From IMG/VR virus record IMGVR_UViG_3300032330_000956, positions 1 through 64,000 of that record: a stretch of DNA of 64,000 nt. One strand, 5' to 3'. This document shows positions 16,588-25,812 of this stretch, in pieces (positions within the stretch are counted from its first letter, which is position 1; each line of letters starts with the position of its first letter). Position numbers and translations under genes: made by a program. Origin of the DNA: a virus. Lineage: Duplodnaviria > Caudoviricetes. The notes under the pieces are model-generated. The model did not search any database and had not been told where the DNA came from. It saw only the letters and a list, made by a program, of their open reading frames with translations.

Positions 16588-17584
16588 TTAAACACATATC
16601 TCTAACTAATTCTTTGAAGCTTATTTCAGCTTTCCAGTTTAAAATCATCTTTGCTTTTGTTGAATCTCCCAACAAAGAGTCTACCTCTGTAAGCCTAAAG
16701 TATCTTGGATTCACCTTGATTACTGTGCGATTAGTATTAGTATCAATCCCGACTTCATCTACTCCAGACCCCACCCATTTAATGTTCATGCCAAAATATG
16801 GCGCACATTCTTGAATAAAATCACGAACAGAGTGTTGTATTCCTGTTGCAATAACAAAATCTTGCGGAGCATATTGCTGAAGCATCATCCACATTGCACG
16901 AACATAATCTTTGGCATGTCCCCAATCTCTTTTTGCATCCAAGTTGCCAAGTTCCAAAACATCCTGCTTGTTACTTGAAATAGCTTTCAGACCTAAAACA
17001 ATCTTTTGTGTAACAAATGTTTCTCCTCTTCTTGGAGATTCATGATTAAATAAAATACCAGAGCAAGCAAATATTCCATAAGCCTCACGATAATTTTTTG
17101 TAATCCAATGACTATAAAGCTTTGCTATCCCATAAGGTGATTGTGGATGAAATGGAGTATTTTCATTTTGTGGTGGTAGGGATGAGCCAAACATTTCAGA
17201 AGTCGATGCCTGATAGAATTTAACATCTTTTTCCATACCAAGTATTCTAATAGCTTCAAGTATTCTTAGTGTTCCTAGAGCATCTGAATTTGCCGTGTAT
17301 TCTGGAGTTTCAAAGGAAACCTGGACATGGCTTTGTGCACCAAGATTATAAATTTCATTTGGCTTAATTTTGCTAATAATTCTAATAATATTTGTAGAAT
17401 CTGTTAAATCCCCGTAATGTAAATGAAAGTTTGTATTTGTTTCAAATAGGTGATCTACACGCTCTGTATTAAATGATGAGGATCTGCGCTTAATGCCATG
17501 AACCTCGTATCCTTTTTCCAAGAGAAATTCTGCTAAGTAGGATCCATCCTGTCCAGTAATCCCAGTAATAAGTGCTTTTTTCAT
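16577..17584 (-). CDS. gmd: GDP-mannose 4,6-dehydratase
   Basis: [42 protein letters not shown] and RDWGHA motifs. Confidence 0.97.
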   Translation of the reverse strand: MKKALITGITGQDGSYLAEFLLEKGYEVHGIKRRSSSFNTERVDHLFETNTNFHLHYGDLTDSTNIIRIISKIKPNEIYNLGAQSHVQVSFETPEYTANSDALGTLRILEAIRILGMEKDVKFYQASTSEMFGSSLPPQNENTPFHPQSPYGIAKLYSHWITKNYREAYGIFACSGILFNHESPRRGETFVTQKIVLGLKAISSNKQDVLELGNLDAKRDWGHAKDYVRAMWMMLQQYAPQDFVIATGIQHSVRDFIQECAPYFGMNIKWVGSGVDEVGIDTNTNRTVIKVNPRYFRLTEVDSLLGDSTKAKMILNWKAEISFKELVRDMCLSEG

Positions 17585-17733
17585 TATCTCTTCCTAATAA
17601 GCCCAAACTTTTCAAGGGCACGTTGTATGGTCATATGACTACAACCAGCTTCTTTTGCTATTTCAACAATGTTCATTTTTTTAATGATGTATCTATTATA
17701 CAACCAATCTTTAGATTCGTAAAGTTTTTTCAT
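17584..17733 (-). CDS. 49-aa helix-turn-helix protein (not in the ORF track)
   Basis: [49 protein letters not shown]; TAATG-coupled to both ruvC and gmd. Confidence 0.8.
   Translation of the reverse strand: MKKLYESKDWLYNRYIIKKMNIVEIAKEAGCSHMTIQRALEKFGLIRKR
17695..17723 (-). promoter_or_regulatory. Possible internal promoter for the glycan operon
   Basis: TTTACG-N17-TATAAT followed by AGATA, the same downstream motif as the dps and 62308 promoters. Confidence 0.4.
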
Positions 17734-18287
17734 TATACCAACTCATTTACTGCATACCATGCAATACCCGCCGAGTCTGCAACATTGTCATTTGTAGTAA
17801 CAACTCCAAGATCTTTGACAAAATCAATTGTCTTTTGCTTACGCTTTTCTCTAATCTTGGCTTTATACCAGTTGTCAGACTTTCCTGGAAATTCCTGCCT
17901 AACTTCTGCTTTCTGGGCATTATTAAAATTCTTATTTCCGATATAAGACTGCCAAGTAATTGGCGGAACTTCTTTAACCTGAACACCATCATGAAGTAAT
18001 TCCCCCATGATTGCACCAAAGATGTATGCCATTTTTAATCCTGTATTTGCAGATCGAACCATTACGGCTGCTTCAATTGCAAGAAAATCATAATCTAATT
18101 CAGACTTAAATGCTCTTACTTTTCTCTTTGCATCTAATATTCTGTCATAAACTGTAGATCCTGTAAAGGTAATTTCTCCCCATTTTACTGGAGTTTTCCC
18201 ATCCATCAGGCAGAAAGCAATCGTATTTGTGCTTGCATCTACACCAAGAACTTTATGAGAAGCCTTTTTTAATTTAGCTAGAGACAT
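17733..18287 (-). CDS. ruvC: RuvC-like Holliday junction resolvase
   Basis: VLGVDAST, AIEA and DNVADSAGIA acidic catalytic motifs. Confidence 0.85.
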   Translation of the reverse strand: MSLAKLKKASHKVLGVDASTNTIAFCLMDGKTPVKWGEITFTGSTVYDRILDAKRKVRAFKSELDYDFLAIEAAVMVRSANTGLKMAYIFGAIMGELLHDGVQVKEVPPITWQSYIGNKNFNNAQKAEVRQEFPGKSDNWYKAKIREKRKQKTIDFVKDLGVVTTNDNVADSAGIAWYAVNELV

Positions 18288-18561
18288 TAAAAATCATCTC
18301 CAAAATTTCTTTTCGTTCTTGTATTTTTTTGTTAGCCTCACATGGTTCGCAAGTCATATTAGAATTATATCTACTAAGTTTAGTCTTGCAATTTCTGTTG
18401 GCGCAGACTCTTTCTTTGCCCGCCAATCTTGCTTTTTTGTCGTAATATTTTTGTTTAATTTTTGCGTTAGTTGCTTCACGGCAGCATTCATCACCACAAT
18501 ATTTCATGTTGTGAGTTTTAGGCTCAAACTCGTTACTACAACCCTCATTTGAACATATCAT
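18274..18561 (-). CDS. Zinc-binding hypothetical protein
   Basis: CSNEGC...YCGDECC and CANRNC...CEPC. Confidence 0.7.
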   Translation of the reverse strand: MICSNEGCSNEFEPKTHNMKYCGDECCREATNAKIKQKYYDKKARLAGKERVCANRNCKTKLSRYNSNMTCEPCEANKKIQERKEILEMIFNVSS

Positions 18562-19343
18562 TTAGGTGGCACCATTGATTCAATAGTTACTTCTCCTACT
18601 AGGGCATCCTTAGCCCAGCATGCTTTTCTAATTGGGCAATACTTACAGGCTGATTGTGATTTAGTAAATCCACGAGTGGGAATTGTTTCATCCTTATAGG
18701 CTTCATAAACTTCACGCAACCAATCATATGTATCGTCAACAAGTTTACGATTTGCTTCTGTCATGTTAATTGGAATAACCAAGAAGTCATTATCATTCTT
18801 ATTTTCATAAAAAAAGAATCCTTGATCTACTCCTGCAATATCCATGTAAATTAAAAGTTGTAGTTGGTGATTTCCAGAACCCTGCATCTTTGCTTGTCTA
18901 ATTGAATAAACTTCATCTTTGGCAGACTTAATTTCACCAATTACTTCCTTGCCATCCCAATTAACAATAAGGTCAGAATATCCACGAATTGGCGGATCTG
19001 ACTTTACCATTTCTCGTTCAATTTCTTTGATACGATCATTAGGAATCTTCTGCATAATTGTTTGCAGCCTGTCGTGAACATACGTTCCATTAAGCATATT
19101 AGCCTTTGCTTTAGCATCAGCATTATCTTCAAACTCTGTTCCCTCAAAAGCCATGTACCAATAGCGAGCACAATTACCATGACCATAGCCAATGGTGGAT
19201 GGGGCAAATGTTTTCTTTTGGGTAAATCCGTCTCGCTTATCTGCAAGATATGCTGCTTCTACTTCGGCAGCAAATACCATAGGGTCAAACCCACCATCCT
19301 GAATCTTCTTAAACTTTAAGTTTCCAACTATATTTCTACCCAT
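18558..19343 (-). CDS. Cas4-like PD-(D/E)xK exonuclease
   Basis: N-terminal C.RYWY, GTYVH, D...EIKS, H..QL..Y and C-terminal CKYCP...C Fe-S ligands; no CRISPR array nearby. Confidence 0.85.
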   Translation of the reverse strand: MGRNIVGNLKFKKIQDGGFDPMVFAAEVEAAYLADKRDGFTQKKTFAPSTIGYGHGNCARYWYMAFEGTEFEDNADAKAKANMLNGTYVHDRLQTIMQKIPNDRIKEIEREMVKSDPPIRGYSDLIVNWDGKEVIGEIKSAKDEVYSIRQAKMQGSGNHQLQLLIYMDIAGVDQGFFFYENKNDNDFLVIPINMTEANRKLVDDTYDWLREVYEAYKDETIPTRGFTKSQSACKYCPIRKACWAKDALVGEVTIESMVPPK

Positions 19344-19666
19344 TATAATCCATATCTCGCTAGGTACTTAACGCTATCTACTAATTTATCAATAGCATCC
19401 GACACCGTGTAATAAACATTTTTCTTTTTAGCGGAATCCCCGCCTTTTTCAAATGTCGTATAGTATCTAGACAACATAGAAAACTTAGCACTTAGTGCTT
19501 GAAGCTTTACGATAAGTTCTGGAGATTTTCCAGCAGGTACATCTGGCTTCATAATTAATTTAATAATCAAATCTAAGGCTTCATCTAGTTCGGGGTCATT
19601 CATGAATTCTTTTATTTCATTAAATTCGGTTACTTGGCTTACTGCTTCAAGGATGTTATCTGTCAT
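19343..19666 (-). CDS. Hypothetical helical protein
   Basis: Intact ORF coupled within the operon. Confidence 0.7.
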   Translation of the reverse strand: MTDNILEAVSQVTEFNEIKEFMNDPELDEALDLIIKLIMKPDVPAGKSPELIVKLQALSAKFSMLSRYYTTFEKGGDSAKKKNVYYTVSDAIDKLVDSVKYLARYGL

Positions 19667-19734
19667 TCTTGTCCTCCAAGTATTTTTTTACATTGACGTA
19701 GCAATTAATCAATACACCAAACATAATAATAATA

Positions 19735-20046
19735 TCAATTACTATTTTGACATTCATCCCAACACTCCTCCAACTCTTCTAATCTATCCCATTCAATTAC
19801 CGCCAAACGAATCTTATTGGTATCACCCAAGATTAATTTAAGTGCTGGGAACATACTCCGACTTACTTTAAAAGTATCTGTGCATACTTTAGCCCAAATT
19901 GCTGGACTAATAGAAATAGACTTGGAATACTCTTTGTAGTCTACTACATAATTTTTCCACTTAGCATCGCCTTTTTGATATTGACCACGCCCAGAATTTT
20001 TTTGTAATTTTGCGCCATCACGCTTTGCTTCACTACGCTCTGACAT
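19735..20046 (-). CDS. Hjc-like PD-(D/E)xK resolvase/nuclease
   Basis: NSG.G..QKGD....YVVDYKE pattern. Confidence 0.65.
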   Translation of the reverse strand: MSERSEAKRDGAKLQKNSGRGQYQKGDAKWKNYVVDYKEYSKSISISPAIWAKVCTDTFKVSRSMFPALKLILGDTNKIRLAVIEWDRLEELEECWDECQNSN

Positions 20047-20231
20047 TACCCCACCTTGATAGTTGATTTATGTTTCTTGGAGCAATACCAAGAAATTTCT
20101 CCAATTGATTCATTGAAGTAAGCAGTATTTGTATACTCCTCGCAAAGCTGACAGCCATAATTTCCATTTAATATTTCTAAGTTTCTTGCTTCTTTTGGAA
20201 CTGGGTTTAAAAAATCATCAAACTTTGTCAT
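20046..20231 (-). CDS. Small Cys/His hypothetical protein
   Basis: CQLC...C..KH; coupled to recA. Confidence 0.6.
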   Translation of the reverse strand: MTKFDDFLNPVPKEARNLEILNGNYGCQLCEEYTNTAYFNESIGEISWYCSKKHKSTIKVG

Positions 20232-21222
20232 AAATTTTTTCCCTTAGCGCATCTAGTACATCTGGGAATCCACGAAGATATTCTACAGATTTTGCACGAC
20301 CCTGGAAACGCTCTCCTTCGATTGTATACCAAGATCCGCCTCTCTGAACAATACCCATCATTTCGGCAACGTCCAACACTTCCCCAACGGAATCCACTCC
20401 AACTGTGTCTCCCTGATAATAAAAGTCGTATTGACCACTAAGGTTTGGTGGTCCAAGCTTGTTATAGTCAATAATCCAGTTGACGGGTCTGCCAACTTTT
20501 TGGTCAATGATCTTATCACCAACCTGGATTCCAGATTTAATAGCATTTGCTTCAGCTTCTGATGCCCAGAGTTTAATGATCGTAGATGAAAAGAACTTAA
20601 CTGCCATTCCTCCCGTTGGAATATGAGATGCATGCATAGATCCAAATTGATTTCTCTGCTGGGAAATAAGAACCAATAAGGTGTTCTTATTTGCATAGTT
20701 AAGCATTTTAACCGCATGTGTCATATCCTTTGCTTCCGCACCAATTTGTTTAGTGTCTTGTAGATCTTTAAGGTCATCCCCATCTTTTTCAAAGTAAATA
20801 GCGGGAAGTAATGCTGAAATAGAATCAACAACAATGATATCTACTTCTGCTTTCATAAGTTGAACAGCAACGTCAACCATATCGTTAATAGATTTTGCTG
20901 GAGAATAAATTAACTTACTAGAGTCAACCCCTAACAGTTCCGCCCATTCAGCGGAATAGGATGCTTCTGAATCAATCCAAGCGCAAGTCTTACCATTTTT
21001 TTGTGCATCAGCAATCATTTGTAAACAAAATGATGACTTACCTGCTGATTTATTTCCCCAGACTAATACCTGTCTGCCAAATCCAAGCCCGCCTCTAAGT
21101 GCGAGGTTTAGACCTATACTGGGAGTTTGCTGTTTTTGAACGTCTACGGTTGTCGCCATTTGAACCCTTTGTCTTGTTTTTGGGTCCAATCTTGCCAGAA
21201 TTTCTTCTGCTACCTGTGTCAT
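20218..21222 (-). CDS. recA: RecA-like recombinase
   Basis: Walker A WGNKSAGKSS, IVVDSISAL, ISQ.R and GGMAVKFFSS motifs. Confidence 0.95.
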   Translation of the reverse strand: MTQVAEEILARLDPKTRQRVQMATTVDVQKQQTPSIGLNLALRGGLGFGRQVLVWGNKSAGKSSFCLQMIADAQKNGKTCAWIDSEASYSAEWAELLGVDSSKLIYSPAKSINDMVDVAVQLMKAEVDIIVVDSISALLPAIYFEKDGDDLKDLQDTKQIGAEAKDMTHAVKMLNYANKNTLLVLISQQRNQFGSMHASHIPTGGMAVKFFSSTIIKLWASEAEANAIKSGIQVGDKIIDQKVGRPVNWIIDYNKLGPPNLSGQYDFYYQGDTVGVDSVGEVLDVAEMMGIVQRGGSWYTIEGERFQGRAKSVEYLRGFPDVLDALREKIYDKV

Positions 21223-21379
21223 TTAAGCTCTCTTCTAATAATAATGCCAGTTCTTTAATCCATTTTGAGCGACTGGTGCTCAACCTATCTATTAACGCTA
21301 AGATAGAATCTTTGTCTTGACTCTTTATAACTAAAAGGTATTCATCTTCAATACCCTCTAGTATGTAGGCATCGCTCAT
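21095..21379 (-). CDS. Hypothetical protein overlapping the recA 5' end
   Basis: Own promoter (AAGACA-N17-TATAAT at 21388-21416, 8 nt from ATG). The C-terminal 128 nt overlap recA in another frame. Confidence 0.6.
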   Translation of the reverse strand: MSDAYILEGIEDEYLLVIKSQDKDSILALIDRLSTSRSKWIKELALLLEESLNDTGSRRNSGKIGPKNKTKGSNGDNRRRSKTANSQYRSKPRT

Positions 21380-21420
21380 ATGATTCTATTATAGCGTATT
21401 TTTATTTGTTTGTCTTTAAA

Positions 21421-21771
21421 TTATGCTAAATTGCCATGCATAGGTGGACGTTCTTTATTAATGCCAATTTTCTTTTCAAGAATATCATCAAACGAAGACG
21501 TTACCCATCCTGTAGCCTTTGCCCCAGCATAAAAGTCCATTAAGCGAATAAAGATATCTACAAGCTCTTCTACAATTTTTTCTTCACCCTGTTGCTTACG
21601 CATGGCTTCAAGAACTTCACTTACCTCGGAATGAACTAGGGCAAGCTTGGCAAGCATAAAATCAATGTCTTGAATTGGGGCACTTTCGCTATGCTTGTAT
21701 ACCTTAGACCAAAAACCCTTTTTCTTTGCTGTTGCATGCAAGTCGTTTGCTAGATTACTCAGATACTGCAT
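21421..21771 (-). CDS. mazG: MazG-like nucleotide pyrophosphohydrolase
   Basis: LALVHSEVSEVLEA...EELVDIFIRLMD motif. Confidence 0.85.
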   Translation of the reverse strand: MQYLSNLANDLHATAKKKGFWSKVYKHSESAPIQDIDFMLAKLALVHSEVSEVLEAMRKQQGEEKIVEELVDIFIRLMDFYAGAKATGWVTSSFDDILEKKIGINKERPPMHGNLA

Positions 21772-21964
21772 CTAGATCTCCAACTTCAACTAGGGCAAAT
21801 TGCAATTCGCCTTCTCCAATAGGATCAACTGCTACAGCAAAGTTTGAGTAATCTGCAACCAAGTCTTCCTTATCCATTACAACAATACCTACTTTATTTA
21901 GTACCGCTGCCAAAATTTGTTCAACTGTAATTTGAACTTGCTGTAAATCTAATTCTTCAGCCAT
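21755..21964 (-). CDS. Acidic hypothetical protein
   Basis: Intact ORF abutting the dnaE stop. Confidence 0.65.
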   Translation of the reverse strand: MAEELDLQQVQITVEQILAAVLNKVGIVVMDKEDLVADYSNFAVAVDPIGEGELQFALVEVGDLDAVSE

Positions 21965-24900
21965 TTAATTTATCTCCTTTACGAATGTAGTATCATCATC
22001 TGATGATTTGATTTCTAATGAACACACAGTTCCCACCCTCATTTTACCAAGAGCTTTTGAATACATTGTTGGAAATACCAACACACGACTCAAAGTCTTA
22101 GTATTATCCGAAAGGATAATGTGTGCCATCATTTTATTTGTTTTTGTTTTGTAATGTGTAAAATCTACAACCAAATGCTTTTCATCTGGAATGTCAATTG
22201 TATCACGATAGAGCCAATTAATAAAGGGATCATCCTTTTTATTAATTACATCTTCAATTTCAACGTAGCGATGAATGCGATTATCTCCGACAAGGAAGAA
22301 ATACATATTGCCAGTTTCAATCTGTGTATTTTCGCTATGAAAAATACCAATAGCACCTGTATCGTCTACCAATTCTACACGACTCCAGCCCTTACCCTTT
22401 TTAATAGAGCGAACCATAGCCATAAGAACAAAGCATCCCTCTTCAAGGAATTCTTCAAGTGGTTGAACTTGTGCCTTAATCTTTGGAGCAAGACCTTGAA
22501 TATCAAACTTAGGAATTGTTAGGTACTCATATAAGTTGTCATTCTCATTGCCATGACGAGGATTATCTTTGAAAGAAGCCCCGCCAATTGCATTAAGTGA
22601 TTCAATTGCTCTAGTATTAATTCCACTATTCTTAGTTTTAGAAACCTCTAATAAATGCTCATAATTCTTATAAGGTCTATTTGCAATTAACTTAGAAGCA
22701 ATGTTATCGGAGATGTATTTAATATCTCCAAGTCCAAACCTAATTGCTGTACCTTGAATACTAAAGCCAGATTCTGATTCATTGACATGGGGTAGCAATA
22801 CCTTAATTCCTAGTCGCTTTGCTTCCAACAAATACTCTGTTCGTGCATCTTTGTCTTTTTCATTTTTAAGAATAGAATAAATAAACTCAAGCGGATAGTA
22901 ATGCTTAAGCCAAGCAGTCCAATAAGACAACATAGAGTAAGCAACAGCATGACTACGATTAAAAGAATAACCAGCATGAGCCTCAAAATCATGCCACAAG
23001 TGTTCCGCATCTTCTTTAGAAATGTTTTTACTTGCGCCCTCAACGAACTTGTCTCTAAATATATCAAATTCTCTAGCATCCTTTTTCTTACCAATGATCT
23101 TACGAACTTTATCGGCTTCCGCCCATGTCATTCCGCCAAGGTGTACACAAGCTTGCATAACTTGCTCTTGATAAATAATAACACCATATGTGTTTTTTGT
23201 AAAATCTTGCATAATTGGATGAACATACTGAACCATTTCTGTTCCACGCTTGCGATTAACATATGCCCCACCCACCGTATTCATGGCACCTGGTCGAACA
23301 AGAGCATTTGATGCAACAAGATCCTCAAAATTATCCACACCCATCTTAATTAGTAGATTGGTGTATGGTGTTGCTTCAGCTTGAAATACGCCTCGTGTGT
23401 AGCCGTTAGATAAATCTTTAAAGATCTTTGGATCGTTTAGTTGCAGGGAATGTAAATCAATTTCTTTTCCATCTCTTGATTTAATAATATCTAGTGTATC
23501 TTTAATTACAGACAAAGATTTAAGACCAAGTGCATCTAGTTTAATTAAACCAATATTTGCAGCATGCTCCATGTCGTATCCAACTACTGGAATGCGACCA
23601 GATACAGAATCATCTGGGTCTTTACGAGTTTCAATTGGTACATACTTAGAGATTGGTTCTTTGGAAACTACAACACCTGCAGCATGCATACCAACAGCAC
23701 GAATTTTTCCACGAAGCATAGAAGCATACTTCATTACCTCTGGATATTTTTCTCTAAACCAGTCTGCGTTTGGATTGCTTTCCAAATCTTCAAATGTTTC
23801 AATACCCTTAAGAGCCTTATTAATTTCTCCAAGCGGTACGCCAAAAGCTCTACCCACATCTCGGACTACACCTTTATCTTTAAAATACTGAAATGTAGAA
23901 ATAGATGCAACATGCTTAAACTTTGTACGCAAGTAATCTTTAACTTCACCACGCCGTCTATCCATAAAGTCGGTATCAATATCTGGAAAATCATTACGTT
24001 CAGGATTGATAAAGCGGAAGAACAACAGGTCATATTGAATTGGATCTACATCTGTTATTCCAAGCAAATAGCATACAAGACTTCCTGCAGCACTACCACG
24101 ACCTGGACCAACCATAATATCTTGATCTTTAGCCCAACCAACCATATCTGCTACAACTAAAAAGTATGAGGCAAAATCTTTATTCTTAATTACTTCAAGT
24201 TCTTCTTCAAGTCGTTCAACATAGTCTGATCCATATGCCGTGTCAATAACTGCTAACTTCTCCAATGCTTCTTCGCATAGTTTACGCAATTCATCATTAG
24301 CATTATTCTTAGGCTTAGGCAATAACTCAAGACCCTCGTAAAATTCGTATTCACCAATCTTATTTAATACATCTAACGTATTATCATATAGATCTTCACG
24401 ATCAATACCTTGCTTAAGCATAGACTTTTTAATCTCATCCCGCCCTTGAATGTAAACATCAATCTCCTCAAAAGAAATGGGACGGTCTGGGTAAAGATGA
24501 TTTAATCTTTGAAATACATCTTTAAATTTCTTACCAGACTCATATGTTGCTTCTGCGCCCATCTTAGGCTTTGTAGAAATAATAAGTAGAATCTCTTCTA
24601 AAGCACGTTGTTCTGGTGTATCAAAGTGGGCATCGGAGGTTACAACTGGCTTTACGTTAAATTCATCCGCAAGTTCTAGTAGTTTGTAGTTAAGGTCTGC
24701 AGGATTATGTGCTTGAATCTCCATGTAGAAATCGTCACCAAATCGGTTCTTAAACCAACGAGTATATTCCTTAGCCTTTTCCATGTCCCCACGATCAATT
24801 GCCTTAGCAATAAGACCATTCATACATCCAGAAATAACAATAATTCCATCGCCATGATCATTTAGTAGTTCCATATCAATTCGTGGCTTATGGTAATAGC

Positions 24901-25252
24901 CCTCAATCCAAGCTTTTTCGGACATAGCCTGAAGATTTTTTAGACCATTCTGATCTTTAGCCAGTAAGATAACATGATTGTATACAGAAGTATTATCATC
25001 ACGCTTCTTAACATCACGCCTATCAAACCTATCGGTGGCAGAAATATAGGCTTCTAGACCTAGTATGGGCTTCATTCCCAATTCTTTTGCAGCAATTTGC
25101 ATATCACGATGTGAAGACAATGTGCCATGATCTGTAATAGCCATAGCAGTATGTCCCAATGCTTGACCCGCTACTAAAAGCTCATGTGGGGTGCAAAGAC
25201 CATCCATTAGGCTATAGTGGGAATGAACATGCAAGTGTACAAAATCAGTCAT
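21965..25252 (-). CDS. dnaE: DNA polymerase III alpha subunit (C-family)
   Basis: PHP HLHVHSHYSLMDG, GPGRGSAAGSLV, PDIDTDF, KLDALGL and FNRSHAVAY motifs; no intein seen. Confidence 0.97.
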   Translation of the reverse strand: MTDFVHLHVHSHYSLMDGLCTPHELLVAGQALGHTAMAITDHGTLSSHRDMQIAAKELGMKPILGLEAYISATDRFDRRDVKKRDDNTSVYNHVILLAKDQNGLKNLQAMSEKAWIEGYYHKPRIDMELLNDHGDGIIVISGCMNGLIAKAIDRGDMEKAKEYTRWFKNRFGDDFYMEIQAHNPADLNYKLLELADEFNVKPVVTSDAHFDTPEQRALEEILLIISTKPKMGAEATYESGKKFKDVFQRLNHLYPDRPISFEEIDVYIQGRDEIKKSMLKQGIDREDLYDNTLDVLNKIGEYEFYEGLELLPKPKNNANDELRKLCEEALEKLAVIDTAYGSDYVERLEEELEVIKNKDFASYFLVVADMVGWAKDQDIMVGPGRGSAAGSLVCYLLGITDVDPIQYDLLFFRFINPERNDFPDIDTDFMDRRRGEVKDYLRTKFKHVASISTFQYFKDKGVVRDVGRAFGVPLGEINKALKGIETFEDLESNPNADWFREKYPEVMKYASMLRGKIRAVGMHAAGVVVSKEPISKYVPIETRKDPDDSVSGRIPVVGYDMEHAANIGLIKLDALGLKSLSVIKDTLDIIKSRDGKEIDLHSLQLNDPKIFKDLSNGYTRGVFQAEATPYTNLLIKMGVDNFEDLVASNALVRPGAMNTVGGAYVNRKRGTEMVQYVHPIMQDFTKNTYGVIIYQEQVMQACVHLGGMTWAEADKVRKIIGKKKDAREFDIFRDKFVEGASKNISKEDAEHLWHDFEAHAGYSFNRSHAVAYSMLSYWTAWLKHYYPLEFIYSILKNEKDKDARTEYLLEAKRLGIKVLLPHVNESESGFSIQGTAIRFGLGDIKYISDNIASKLIANRPYKNYEHLLEVSKTKNSGINTRAIESLNAIGGASFKDNPRHGNENDNLYEYLTIPKFDIQGLAPKIKAQVQPLEEFLEEGCFVLMAMVRSIKKGKGWSRVELVDDTGAIGIFHSENTQIETGNMYFFLVGDNRIHRYVEIEDVINKKDDPFINWLYRDTIDIPDEKHLVVDFTHYKTKTNKMMAHIILSDNTKTLSRVLVFPTMYSKALGKMRVGTVCSLEIKSSDDDTTFVKEIN

Positions 25253-25746
25253 TAAAATTCCTCGTTGTTAATTAGTTTATGTGTAAACCAGTAATAGTTG
25301 CAACGGTCACAACATACATTGTTGCGGATCTTTTTAGATTCCCGCTCAAACTCAAAGTAATACTCTGAATCTTTATTATATAGATTTCCACGATGGGTAA
25401 TCTCAATCTTGTTGGCAATTGATTCGTCTGTCATCCAGCCTGGAACTGTAAGTCCATCGCCACGATGATAGTTTGATTCATGCATTTCTTCAATAGCTGT
25501 CCAGTTTTTTTCTGTCTTAATACCACGCCTCTTGCACTCACGCATAACAGAATATAGATATTTGTATAGCATGTTTTCATGATTTTTCCACATGCGAGTA
25601 GCTGGATGATTTACCCAGCCCGCTGTGCGACCAAGAAGTGCTGCATAAATTTGACGACCCTCAAGTAGTTGCTTGTTAAGTCGCTTGTTGTCTAATGCTT
25701 GTGCGGATAAATCAAAATTATAAACGTAAGGTAGAAAAGTTTGCAT
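25252..25746 (-). CDS. Pyrimidine-dimer DNA glycosylase (DenV/MSMEG_6728-like)
   Basis: MQTFLPY...SAQALDNKRLNKQLLEGRQI, HPATRMW and HRGNL..KD..YY motifs. Confidence 0.8.
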   Translation of the reverse strand: MQTFLPYVYNFDLSAQALDNKRLNKQLLEGRQIYAALLGRTAGWVNHPATRMWKNHENMLYKYLYSVMRECKRRGIKTEKNWTAIEEMHESNYHRGDGLTVPGWMTDESIANKIEITHRGNLYNKDSEYYFEFERESKKIRNNVCCDRCNYYWFTHKLINNEEF

Positions 25747-25764
25747 ATTAATCCAATCAATTGT

Positions 25765-25805
25765 GTTAGGGGACTAGCATAACACTAGCCCCCTAACTTT
25801 GTCAA
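25765..25805 (-). promoter_or_regulatory. Promoter enclosed in a 13-bp hairpin
   Basis: TTGACA (25800-25805), N18, TG-T-TATGCT; stem GTTAGGGGGCTAG/CTAGTCCCCTAAC at 25765-25797. Confidence 0.55.
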
Positions 25806-25812
25806 TAATTAT

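Noticed and set aside
18558-19343. CRISPR-Cas system suggested by Cas4
   Set aside because: No repeat-spacer array or other cas genes are in the window, so this is a solo Cas4-like exonuclease.
19656-19757. Possible 33-aa membrane ORF (MNVKIVIDIIIMFGV...)
   Set aside because: It fills a gap plausibly but is too short to support without homologs.
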